Source: Mustelus asterias
Lineage: Eukaryota
Length of the DNA stretch: 64,000 nucleotides
Direction of reading: 5' to 3'
Assembly: GCF_964213995.1 (NCBI RefSeq)
Contig: NW_027590162.1
Span: 186,001 to 250,000 of the forward strand
Position 1 is the first letter of the stretch. Each line of letters begins with the position of its first letter. Position numbers and translations under genes: made by a program. Below, in pieces: positions 49,059-60,632 of this stretch. The notes under the pieces are model-generated. The model searched no databases. It was given only the letters and a program-made list of their open reading frames with translations, and was not told where the DNA came from.

Positions 49059-50333
49059 TGGAACAGTACAGCACAGTACAGGCCCTTCAGCCCTTGATGT
49101 TGTGCCGAGCTTTGTCCGAAACCGAGATCAAGCAATCCCACTCCCGATCATTCTGGTGTGCTCCATGTGCCTATCCAATAACCGCTTGAAAGTTCCTAAA
49201 GTGTCCGACTCCACTATCACAGCAGGCAGTCCATTCCAGACCCCAACCACTCTCTGAGTAAAGAACCTACCTCGGACATCCCTCCTATATCTCCCACCAT
49301 GAACCTTATAGTTATGCCCCCTAGTAACAGCTACATTCACCCGAGGAAATAGTCTCTGAACGTCCACTCTATCCCCATCATCATCTTAGAAACCTGTATT
49401 AAGTCGCCTCTCATCCTCCTCTGCTCCAAAGAGAACAGCCCTCGCTCCGTCAACCTTTCCTCATAAGACCTACCCTCCAAACCAGGCAGAATCCTGGTAA
49501 ATCTCCTCTGCACTCTTTCCAGTGTCTCCACATCCTTTTTATAGTGAGGTGACCAGAACCGCACACAATATTGCAAATATGGTCTCACCAAGGTCCTCTA
49601 CAGTTGCAGCATAACCCAACGGCTCTTAAACTCAAACCCCCTGTTAATAAACACGAACACACTATAGGCCTTCTTCATGGCTCTATCCACTTGAGTGGCA
49701 ACCTTCAGAGATCTGTGGATATGAAACCCAAGATCTCTCTGTTCCTCCACATTCCTCAGAACCCTGCCGTTGACCCTGTAATCCGCATTCAAATTTGTTC
49801 TACCAAAATGAATCACCTCACACTTATCAGTGTTAAACTCCATCTGCCATTTTTCAGCCCAGCTCTGCATCCTATCAATGTCTCCGCAGCCTACAACAGT
49901 CCTCCACCTCATCCACTACTCCACCAATCTTGGTGTCATCAGCAAATTTACTGACCCACCCTTCAGTCCCCTCCTCTAAGTCATTGATAAAAGTCACAAA
50001 AAGCAGAGGACCCAGCACTGATGCCTGTGGTACACCGCTGGTAACTGGTCTCCAGTCTGAAAATTTTCCATCCACCACCACCCTCTGTCTTCTATGAGAT
50101 AGCCAGTTACTTATCCAATCGGCCAAATTTCCCTCGATCCCACACCTCCTCACTTTCTTCATGAGCCTACCATGGGGAACCTTATCAAACGCCTTACTAA
50201 AATCCATGTATATGACATCAACTGCTCTACCTTCATCTGCACACTTACTTACCTCCTCAAAGAATTCAATCAAATTTGTGAGGCAAGACTTACCCTTCAT
50301 GAATCCGTGCTGACTGTCACGGATTAAGCTGCA
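49059..50333 (-). mobile_element. CR1 LINE, RT and 3' end
   Basis: [28 protein letters not shown]; same subfamily as 13554-14330. Confidence 0.92.
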
Positions 50334-51003
50334 TCCCTCTGTTCCCTGCCTATTCATGTATCTATCCAGATGCCTCTTGAACGTTGTTATAGAATCTGCT
50401 TCCACCACCTCTTCCGGCAGCTCGTTCCAGGCATTCACTACCCTCTATCTGAAAAACTTGACCCTTACATCTCTTTTAAACTTTGACCCTGGGAAAAAGA
50501 CTCTGACAATCCATTCTATCCAAGCCTGTCATAATCTTGTAAACCTCTCTCGGGTCCCCCCTCATCCTCCGATGCTCCAAAGAAAAACAATCCAAGTTTG
50601 TTCAACCTTTCTTCAGAGCTGTTTTCTCCAAACTAGGCAACATCCTGGAAAATCTCTTCTGCACCCTTTCCAACGCATCAACATCCTTCCGGAAGTGTGG
50701 CGACCAGAATGGTACACAATACTCCAAATGTGGCCTAACCAAAGTCTTATACAGCTTCAACATGATTTTACTGACTGATGCACAAGGACACCGAGGTCTC
50801 GCTGAGTATCCACCTCTCTCAATTTACACCCCTTCAAATAATAATCTGCCTTCCTATTTTTGCTACTGTAGTGGATAATGAAGTGGTCACCGCATATATT
50901 ATCCACATTATACTACATCTGCCATGCAGATACCCACACACTCAGCCTGTCCAAATCACGCTGGAGGATCTCTGCATCCTCCTCACAGCTCACCCTCCCA
51001 CCC

Positions 51004-51893
51004 TTACGGTTCACGGGCTCCCAAGCGTGCCTTTTTGCAATCCTGTGGAGTCCGTGGACCATGTCTATGTTTCATGTTATAGGCTGCACAACCCTTTCAG
51101 TTTCCTCAAAAATCTTTTATTCAAGTTTTGTTTGCACTTCAGTCCCACACTCCTGATCTACGGGCACCTGGTGCAGAGGGGAAGGAGGAGCACCTCCTCG
51201 TGAACCTGCTCCTGGGCTTGGCAAAGCGTGCCATCTACAGATCTATGGGCGGCACGGTAGCACAGTGGTTAGCACTGCTGCTTCACAGCTCCAGGGTCCC
51301 GGGTTCGATTCCCGGCTCGGGTCACTGTCTGTGTGGGGTTTGCACATTCTCCTCGTGTCTGCGTGGGTTTCCTCCGGGTGCTCCGGTTTCCTCCCACAGT
51401 CCAAAGATGTGCGGGTTAGGTTGATTGGCCAGGTTAAAAATTGCCCCTTAGAGTCCTGGGATGTGTAGGTGAGAGGGATTAGCGGGTAAATATGTGGGGG
51501 TAGGACCTGGGTGGGATTGTGGTCGGTGCAGACTCGATGGGCCAAATGGCCTCCTTCTGCACTGTAGGGTTTCTATGATTTCTATGATCTATCCAGCGAG
51601 CGATCGAGGGGATCGCCCAACCTGACTGTCTGCCTCTCTACTGCGGCTACATTTGTGGCTGGGAATCCCTGGAAAGGGAGTGTGCGGTGTCCGAGGGCAG
51701 TGTTGATGCCTTCAATGCCTGCTGGGCACCGCAGGAATGGGGGTGTATTATTGACCCTTTTGATCACATTTTAATTTGATATTTTAAGTTTCCTTTCCGC
51801 TTCTTGGTTCGGGCGGTTCCCCTCCTTTTAAGGAGCTGCCCGTTTTGGGTTGCCCCTAAGTTAATCTGATTTTGTTTATTTGGGGAAAAAAAG
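51004..51893 (+). mobile_element. Tx1/L1-clade LINE 3' fragment
   Basis: C-x-F-C...ESVDHVYVSC zinc-knuckle remnant; LVNLLLGLAKRAIYRS; T-rich 3' UTR; short A tail. Confidence 0.75.
51247..51586 (+). mobile_element. HE1/V-SINE-type SINE nested in Tx1
   Basis: Near-identical to 37063-37412; GATCTAT duplicated at 51240 and 51586. Confidence 0.92.
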
Positions 51894-51895
51894 AG

Positions 51896-52513
51896 TTCCC
51901 TGATTAAGGATCCAATTGATGGGCCAATCAGGGAAACTTTGCCTTGTACTTAACCGGGAGTGTCAGTTCCTCTGACACCCCCGGAGGTAGACTGCTAACT
52001 GTTAGCACTCGGTGTACTGCTGTTACAGTTATAAAGAAAGGGATTTTGGTGAAGGAACTTCTGCCTCCACAGACTTATTACACTTCTCTAATCTAATATT
52101 TCCTTGCCTTGACGTGGTCCATATCCCTCTGTTCCCGGCTGATTCATGTATCTATCCAGATGCCCTTTGAATGTTGTTACAGAATCTGTTTCCACTACTT
52201 CCTCTGGCAGCACGTTCCAGGCATTCACCACTCTCTGTCTGAAAAACGTGCCCCTTACATCTCTTAAACTTTCCCTCTCTCACTCTCACCTTTGTCCTGA
52301 GTAACCTGGGAAAAAGACTCTGACAATCCACTCTATCCAAGCCTGTTATAATCTTGTAAACATCTCTCAGGTCCCCCCTCATCCTCAGATGCTCCAAAGA
52401 AAACAATCCAAGTTTGTTCAACCTTTCTTCAAAAAGGTTCCTCCAAACCAGGCAACATCCTGGAAAATCTCTTCTGCGCCCTTTCTAATGCATCAACATC
52501 CTTCCGGAGGTGT

Positions 52514-52545
<32 letters not shown>

Positions 52546-52817
52546 TGGCCGAACCAAAGTCCTGTACAGCTTCAACATGATTGTACTGACTGATGCACAA
52601 GGACACCGAGGTCTCGCTGAGTATCCACCTCTCTTAATTTACACCCCTTCAAATAATAATCTGCCTTCCTATTTTTGCTACTGAAGTGGATAATGAAGTG
52701 GTCACTGCATATTTATCCACATTATACTACATCTGCCATGCAGATGCCCACACACTCAGCCTGTCCAAATCACACTGGAAGATCTCTGCATGCTGCTCAC
52801 AGCTCACCCTCCCACCC
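51896..52817. repeat. Second copy of a ~920-bp direct duplication (first copy 48828-49058 plus 50334-51003)
   Basis: Same order of LTR part, CR1 tail and second CR1 piece, with shared junctions. Confidence 0.9.
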
Positions 52818-53058
52818 AATATTGTATCATCTACATATTTGGAGATAATACATTTAGTTCCTGTGTCCAAATCATTAATATATAATATGAACAGTTTGGG
52901 TCCCAGCACAGATCCCTGCGGTACCCCACTAATCACTGCCTTCCAATTGGAAAAAGACCCATTTATGCCATCTCTTTGCTTCCTGTCTGTGAACCAGCTT
53001 TCTATCCATCTCAAGACGCAACCCACAATCCAATATACTTTAACTTTACATAGTAGCA

Positions 53059-53345
53059 GGGCGGCACAGTGGTTGGCACTGCTGTCTCACAGCAGCAGGG
53101 AGCCGGGTTCGATTCCTGGCTTGGGTCACTGTGTGGAGTTTGCATGTTCCCTCCATGTCTGCGTGGGTTTCCTCTGGGTGCTCTGGTTTCCTCCCACAGT
53201 CTGAAAGACATGTTGGTTAGTTGCATTGGCCATGCTAAATTCTCTCTCGGTCTACCCGAACAGGTGGCAGAGTATGGCGACTAGGGGATTTTCACAACTT
53301 AATTGCAGTGTTAATGTAAACCGACTTGTGACACGAATAAACAAA
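53059..53345 (+). mobile_element. V-SINE-type SINE with a different 3' tail
   Basis: Same head and central domain; tail gactaggggattttcaca...gcagtgttaatgtaa...aataaac; same tail on minus near 35980-36085. Confidence 0.75.
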
Positions 53346-53784
53346 CTTTAAACTTTATAACTTAAAAACGTTATGTAAGACCTTGTCCAAAGCCTTCTGA
53401 AAGTCTAAATAAATCACATCCACCGGTTCTCCCTGGTCAACTCTACTAGTTACATTCTCAAAGAATTCCAGTAGTTTTGTCAAGCATGATTTCCCTTTTG
53501 TAAATCCATGCTGACTTTATCTGATTAGAACACTGCTTTTCAAACGCTTGATAATGGACTCCAGCAACTGCCCTACGACCGACGTTCGGCTCACTGTTCG
53601 TTGGTTCCCTCTTTCCTGTAACACTACATTCTGCACTCTCTCATTTCCTTCTCTATGAACGGTATGTTTTGTCTGGATAGGGGGCAGAAACAATATGTTC
53701 ATACATGTGACAATAATAAATCAAATCAAATCCTCTCTACCTCTGATTTTGAATACAGGGCTTAAATTAATTACCTCTCTATCC

Positions 53785-53997
53785 CCAGAAGGTGCTGACT
53801 CTGGCTGGGTTCAGTTCTACACTCACTGGTTCCTCTCTCTCTCTATTGAAGGTGCTGACTCTGGCTGGGTTCAGTTCTAACTCACTGGTTCCTCCCTCTC
53901 TCCTGAAGGTGCTGACTCTGGCTGGGTTCAGTTCTACACTCACTGGTTCCTCTCTCTCTCTCTCCTGAAGGTGCTGACTCTGGCTGGGTTCAGTTCA
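53785..53997. repeat. Minisatellite, ~60-bp unit, about 3.5 copies
   Basis: GAAGGTGCTGACTCTGGCTGGGTTCAGTTC at 53788, 53848, 53905, 53967. Confidence 0.93.
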
Positions 53998-54116
53998 GAC
54001 GCTGGAAATCTGAAATGAAACAGAAAAGAAAGCTCAGCAGATTGTGCAGCATCTGTTTACAGAGAGAAACAGAGTTAGTTTTTCAGGTCTGTGACCTTTC
54101 ATCAGAACTTGGAAAC

Positions 54117-54700
54117 ATAGAAACTCGGAACAGGAGTCGGCCATTCAGCCCTTTGAGCCTATTCCATCATTCAATGTGATCATGGCTGATCCTATATCTC
54201 AATTCCATATTCTCAGCTTTTCCCAATACCCCTTGATGCCATTAAAATCTAAAAATTTCTCTCTCTCCTTCTTGAATATATGCAGTGACTTGGTCGCCAC
54301 AGCTTCTGAGGTAGAGAATTCCACAGGTTCACCACCCTCTAAGTGAAGAAATCTCTCCTCATCTCATTTCTAAATGGTGTACTCCATATCCTAAGACTGT
54401 GTCCCCTTGTTCTACATTCCCCAACCAAGGAAAACATCCTTCCTGCAGCTAGTCTGTCCAGCCCTGTTAGAATTGTATATTTTTCAATCAGATCTCCTCT
54501 CATCCTGTCCTTTCTGTTTTTCACTCCAAAGTGTATAACTTCATATTTCGCCGCGTTGTGCTGCATCTACCATGTCTTTGTTCACTCACTCAACTTGTCT
54601 AAATCACCTTGAAGCCTCCTTACATCCTCCTCACAACTCACAATTCCGCCCAGTTTTGTGTTGTCAGCAAACGTGGAAATGTTACGTTTGGTTCCCTCAT
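54117..54700 (-). mobile_element. CR1 LINE fragment with internal deletion
   Basis: YEVIHFG...RGDLIE...RGHSLRI...RRDFFT. Confidence 0.75.
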
Positions 54701-55194
54701 CCAGATCGGGATGGGATTAGAATAGATAGGTGCTGATGGCCGGTGCATACACGAGGGGCCGAATGGCCTCTTTCTGTGCTGTAAAATTCTCTGACTCTAT
54801 GACTTCTTAAAGAAGTCATTCATTGACTGTCCTTTGGGAACTCCAGAGATGATGATTGGTTCGATAGAAATGAAAATCTTTTGTCTTTTCTCTGGTGTCT
54901 TACACTTTGCTCCTTGCTTCCTGACTGGAATCTCCAAACTGGGGGAATTGTGGATCCTGGTGACATCACCCTGTTGGGGATGAAGGTATTGTCACAGAGT
55001 CTTGTGTTGTCAATGTACCGACCCGTTACCATAGTTACCCAGTTTCACTGGATGCTGACAGAATGTTTACCATTGATTTTGTGTTCTACCTGCCAGCTGT
55101 TCAGATGGAATACAGATGCTGTGAGTGAGCATTGTCCCCATCCCACTTACAGCAATGATAGTGACAACCTGCATCATTTCCAGTTAGGGCTAGA

Positions 55195-55798
55195 GTCATA
55201 GTCATACAGTCACAGACATTCACAGCTGGAAACAGGCCCTTCAGCCCAACTAATCCGTGTCGTCCAGTTTTTACCAATAAGCTATTCCCAATTGCCTGCG
55301 TTTGGCCCATATCCCTCTATACCAATCTTACCCATGCAACTATCGAAATGCTTTTTAAAAGACAAAATTGTAACCGCTTCTACTACTACCTCTGGCAGCT
55401 CGTTCCAGACACTCACCACCCTCTGTGTGAAAAAATTGCCCCTCTGGCCCCTTTTGTGTTTCTCCCCTCTCACCTTAAACCTGTGTCCCCCACTTTTAGA
55501 CTCCCCTAACTTTGGGAAAAGATGTTGACTATCTTCCTCATCTGTGGTCCTCATTATTTTATAACCTCTATAAGATCATCCCTAAGACTCCTACGCTCCA
55601 GACAAAAAGTCCCAGACTATTCATCCTCTCCTTATAACTCAAACCATCAAGTCCCGGTAGCATCATAGTAAATCTTTTCTGCAGTCTTTCTCATTTAATA
55701 ATATCCTTTCTATAACTGTGTGACCAGAACTGTACACAGTATTCCTAGTGGGGCCTTACCAATGTCTTGTACAACTTCAACATGACGTCCCAACTCCT
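55195..55798 (-). mobile_element. CR1 LINE 3' fragment
   Basis: Same subfamily as 14738-15645 (FFTQRVVSVWNELPE...GYGPNAGNW). Confidence 0.88.
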
Positions 55799-55997
55799 AT
55801 GTGAGGATAAATGGACCAATACATTCCATTGCCATTCCTGCAGTTGATAATGAAGTGAAAAAGCCGGTGTTTAATGAAATGCCCCAGGGGGAAATCTGCT
55901 CGAATGTAACAACTCTGCAAAATCCTTAATTATTGTTGTTTCTGTTCAACCAGCCCCGAGAAGCTTGGAAGATGGAAGTTCCCGACTGGTCTGAAGT

Positions 55998-56328
55998 TCA
56001 TAGAAACCCTACAGTGCAGAAGGAGGCCATTCGGCCCATCGAGTCTGCACCGACCACAATCCCACCCAGGCCCTACCCCCACATATTTACCCGCTAATCC
56101 CTCTAACGTACGCATCTCAGGACACTAAGGGGCAATTTTTAACCTGGCCAATCAACCTAACCTGCACATCTTTGGACTGTGGGAGGAAAGCGGAGCACCC
56201 GGAGGAAACCCACGCAGACACGTGGAGAATGTGCAAACTCCACACAGACAGTGACCCGAGCCGGGAATCGAACCCGGGACCCTGGAGCTGTGAAGCAGCA
56301 GTGCTAACCACTGTGCTACCGTGCCGTC
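55998..56328 (-). mobile_element. HE1/V-SINE-type SINE
   Basis: Reverse complement of the 37063 and 51247 SINEs. Confidence 0.92.
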
Positions 56329-57269
56329 CTAGTTGGAGATGGAGATGAGGAGGAGCCAAATCTCAACAACTTGCTGGCAGACATCAAAAGTCATCTGCTT
56401 TGGAGCAAGGAGACCCTCAAACAGGCCATTCAGAGCAGCCAAGACCCTGGAACATCACCGCTGCTGGAGAACAGAGAAGGTGTGAGGCAAGGCAGGATGC
56501 TCGAGTGGTCAAAGATGGGACCTCAATCATTGGTGGAGTCTCCGACTCCAGTTCTGACTCCTTCTGACATTGATGGACGGTTTGAAGTGGAGGAAATTAG
56601 TCAGGATGGAAGTGGTGACGAGATTTACAGTCACTCCCTCAGCTTAGAGACCATTTTTAAGACAATCTATGCAGCATTTCCACTCTGGGGTGGATGTCAG
56701 ATCAGCTCACCAGACGGAAGGAAGACTAGAGCTAGATGAGGCCATTCAGCCCCAATACTTTCTCAAATGCTCCGCTATGCAGTTCAAAACCTGGAAGGCC
56801 GGGATTCAAGCCACGTTACACAGGCGACTGGGAAAAGCACCATCGGATTAATCAGACCACTGGCCCAGACTGGAAAGACTAAAAGTTCAGCAGAGAGACG
56901 TCAACATGAATTTTCATTTTTAATGTTTCTTCTTTACTCTCAACAATTTATTGTGTTTGTATAATTATCTTAAATGTTTCACATTAAAACAAATACTCAG
57001 AATATTTAGCATTGCCGGAGAAGTGTAACCGGGAAAGTGCCCTGTCCATTCAGTTTGGGGAACACTTCCTGACAGAGGAAGATTGGGACATGACAGCTTC
57101 TCCCTATCAGCTCCTTCCAATTCCCTCCACATGATCAGAACAGACACACAAACACAGTTGGATTAGTCTGACCCGCCTGCTCCTTTCATACACTCTCTCT
57201 TCCACAATATTCACACCCACACATTCACAGGACAATACTTTTACCAACTGTAAGGTCCCAGCACAGAAT

Positions 57270-57750
57270 TTTTTACTCCTTTCACAATTCTGAACACTTC
57301 TATCAAATCTCCTCTCAACCTTCTCTTCGTCAAAGAGAACAGACCCAAATTCTCAATCTACCGATGTAACTGAACTTCCTCATCCCTGGACCCATGCCCA
57401 GAGATTTATTGCACCCTCTCCAATGCCTTCACATCCTTTCCAACGACTGCTGTCCAGATCAGAGTCAAATACTCCAACTGAGGCCAAACCAGTGTTTTAT
57501 ACAGGTTTCCCATAACCTGCTTGCTCTTGTACTCTATGTCCCTACGTATAAAGCTCACAAAACCAAATACTTTATTAACCATGCTCTCAACCTGCCACTC
57601 AAACAGCAATTATTAGTGTCACATTTAACTGCAGGCCCCTTGTTCCTGCATGCTTTTACAATTGTATCATTACTTTTATATTGTCTCAACCTTTTCTTCC
57701 CAATGAAATAAATCATTTCACACTTCTCTGCTTTTAATTGGTCTTGTTTG
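57270..57750 (-). mobile_element. Degenerate CR1 fragment
   Basis: LYKTLVWPQLEY...KDVKALERVQ. Confidence 0.7.
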
Positions 57751-58214
57751 CCCAATCCACAAGCTGTATAAGGAACTTTGAGCTTCAGCAGTACCCCCTC
57801 ACTGTTCACAATGCTGCCATGTATTGTATAATTACCACAGTTTGAATGTGTGCTCTGTGCAGCATTGCCGATGTCCAAAGCCTTAACCACTCAGTCATTG
57901 CAGCTGCACATGTGTCAGAATGATGGAACCACCCCAATAACGTTCATATTAACTTCATCAGGTACCAGGATTGTGCAGAACATAGTGAGTGAGCTGTAAT
58001 TTTATCTTTGTCTCTGACGGAGAACTCATTTATTAGGTCAGGGATTTGGTTTTCTATTTCAATAATTTTTCATTTGAAACGAATTACGTCCGAAGAAAAA
58101 AAAGAAACTTTTATTATTTTATTTCATTCCTGTCAAATGTTGCGTTCGCACTGTTTTTGTCCCCTCGGTTTAAAACACAAGAGACCGTGGACAAGGTTCT
58201 ACATAAACTATCAA

Positions 58215-58286
58215 TGTGATAGCCGGGAATCGAACTCGGGTCAATTGTTTGGAAGGCAGCTGTGCTCACCACGATACCACCATCAC
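58215..58286 (-). pseudogene. tRNA-Gly(TCC) pseudogene
   Basis: GTGATGGTGGTATCGTGGTGAGCACAGCTGCCTTCCAAACAATTGACCCGAGTTCGATTCCCGGCTATCACA; anticodon stem mismatched. Confidence 0.88.
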
Positions 58287-59738
58287 TCAATCTGCTCAAT
58301 CAGCCCTTCTTTTCAATAGTTATAATTAGGAACTACCTTCGCTGCTGATTTCATCAGACATTTGGTGTATCCATGGCACAGTTTGTAAACTGAACCTGTC
58401 TTGTCTCGTTTTTCTGGACAGTTTCAGCCACCTTTTTACTATTGTTTCTGACTGAGAACTCATTGATTAGTTTTGAGGCCTGTTCTTTCATTTTAACAAA
58501 GTTTCCACAAAGTAAATTGAAGCTGGATTTTCCATTAGAAACACAGTGATGGTGAGAATCTTTAGTGAATTTTATTTTAGGAATGCCCACCTGCTGTTGT
58601 GACCTGCCATAGTTAATTAAATAAGTCACCACTGTGATGGTCAGGAACTGACTCTTGGTCAAATGCTCGCAGTCACCACTCCACCACCATCGCTCACCTG
58701 GCTCTTCCACCCCTTCTGTAACAAAGCTCAGCTTTGACAGTGAATCTGGTTTCCTCAGGCCCAATCGGAGGATGGTCGGAAACTGTCCATCACTATCAGA
58801 AACTTCACTTTCAGCGAGTGGGGGATGATTATTTAACTGGCTGTCACTGGTTGTTGAGGTTGTGGTTTATTGTTACCTGTCAGTGCAGAAGAAACAAATA
58901 AAACAGGAAATGTAGAGACTCCGAGAGCAGATAATTTGTATTTTCCTGGTAAACAAACACAGTGATCTCAGCAATCACTGTAATAACTGGGGGAAAAAAA
59001 CAGATATGATTGGTTCTGGCCACGGAATCTGGTTAACAGATGTGGTCCCACACCACATGGACTGCAGCGGTTCCAGAAGGCAGCTCATCACCACCTTCCC
59101 AAGGTCAATTAGGGATGGGCAATCAATGCTGACCCAGACAGCGACACTCACATTCCATGAATGAATTCAAAGACAATCTGTGGGGAGCGGGCCTCAGAGT
59201 GTTTAACAGTTACTGAGGTGAAAAACTAACTCACCCCCTGGAATCCGGAGCAAAGGCCGGAAGGAGGAGAAATTCCGTCCTGGGACCTTACATTTGGTGA
59301 AAGTTTTGTCCTGTGAATGTGTAGGTGTGAATATTGTGGAAGAGAGAGTGTATGAAAGGAGCGGGCGGTTCAGACTAATCCAACTGTGTTTGTGTGTCTG
59401 TTCTGATCATGAGATCTCCGAGTCTCTCTTGTGTAAAATAAAACGATTTTCAATCAAAGATTCCCCCCAATCCCCCTGCTGAGCCCCAAAGTGAGATTTC
59501 AAGGCAATTGTTTCGCGAAATTGAAGATTTCAATGGAAAAGTAGAGAACATGTCAGCTATCGCGTGTGAGAGCGCGATCAGTGCAGCAGGAAAACGGGTT
59601 TCAGTGGAAAATGGAGTCCTCAGTTCGAGTGAAACCTTTTCAACAGCAAACATTCGTGTGTCAGAGACATGAAGGATGTGAGCTGGATCTCTGGAGAGGC
59701 GGAATTTCATTGCAATGGGAGAGTTTGTGAGGAGAGAG

Positions 59739-59812
59739 AAACACAGAGAGGTTGGAGGAGCCGGGAGCTGACAGCAGCTTGTCTCTGCTCCGTCCGCTCT
59801 CTGCCTTTAAGT
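59739..59812 (+). promoter_or_regulatory. H1 promoter (H1/AC box, weak TATA-like motif)
   Basis: AAACACA at 59739-59745; CTTTAAG near 59805. Confidence 0.5.
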
Positions 59813-59889
59813 TGCTCTGTGCCGCCACCACTGGGTTCATTTCGGATCCAGTTCTGACTCTCACACAGATTTTCCACACACTCTCGGAT

Positions 59890-60555
59890 ATGACTGAAAC
59901 TGCAGCCGCCGAAACGGCTCCTCCAGCCGCTCCCGCTCAAGTGAAGTCTCCCAGGAAGAAGAAGGCGGCTCCCCGACCTGCGGCAGCCGGTCCCAAGTTA
60001 GGCGAGCAGATCCTCAATGTTGTGGCGGGTTGCAGCGATCGCAAGGGGATGTCCCTGGCCGCGATAAAGAAAGCTTTGGCTGGCAGCGGAGTGGATGTGG
60101 GGAAGCGCGTCTCCCAGATCAGGTTAACTATCAAGAGGAAGGTGGAGACAGGGTCTCTGGTGCAGACAAAGGGACAGGGCGCCTCCGGTTCCTTCAAACT
60201 CGCTAAGAAGGAAAGCCCGGGGAAAATGGGAAAGAAGGCGAAGACACCAACAGCCAAGAAATCTTTAGTAAAGAAAACAGCGGCCAAGAAGGTGACAACA
60301 AAGAAAGCAGCAGCCAAGAAACCCGCAGCCAAGAAACCCGCAGCAAAGAAAACTCCAGTGAAGAAATCAACAGTGAAGAAAACAAGCAGCAAGAAGGCGG
60401 CAACTCCAAAAAAGGCGGTGAAGAAAGCAGCCCTGAAGAAAAAGTCTCCTGTGAAGAAGGTGACGGGCGGAAAGTCTGTCAAAAAAGTGACTAAATCGAA
60501 GGCCAAACCCAAAGTGAAAGCAGCAAAAGCGAAGAAAGCGTCAGGAAAGAAGTGA
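59890..60555 (+). CDS. H1: Histone H1, 221 aa
   Basis: MTETAAAETAPPAAP N-terminus; globular domain ending LVQTKGQGASGSFKL; K/A/P-rich tail with S/TPxK motifs; stem-loop downstream. Confidence 0.96.
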   Translation: MTETAAAETAPPAAPAQVKSPRKKKAAPRPAAAGPKLGEQILNVVAGCSDRKGMSLAAIKKALAGSGVDVGKRVSQIRLTIKRKVETGSLVQTKGQGASGSFKLAKKESPGKMGKKAKTPTAKKSLVKKTAAKKVTTKKAAAKKPAAKKPAAKKTPVKKSTVKKTSSKKAATPKKAVKKAALKKKSPVKKVTGGKSVKKVTKSKAKPKVKAAKAKKASGKK

Positions 60556-60591
60556 AACAACCCGAGCAAATTGTAAACCTCTGAACCCAAA

Positions 60592-60632
60592 GGCTCTTCT
60601 CAGAGCCACCCACATCTCTCAGGAAAGAGCTG
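60592..60632 (+). terminator. Histone 3' stem-loop and HDE of H1
   Basis: GGCTCT-TCTC-AGAGCC-ACCCA, then GAAAGAGCTG. Confidence 0.95.

Noticed and set aside
59752-59889. 46-aa N-terminal extension of H1
   Set aside because: Non-ATG start inside the promoter; MTETA at 59890 is the typical H1 start.
59937-60590. 217-aa hydrophobic minus-strand ORF resembling a membrane protein
   Set aside because: Antisense of the Lys/Ala-rich H1 codons; the antisense ORFs over H4 and H3 are the same kind of artefact.
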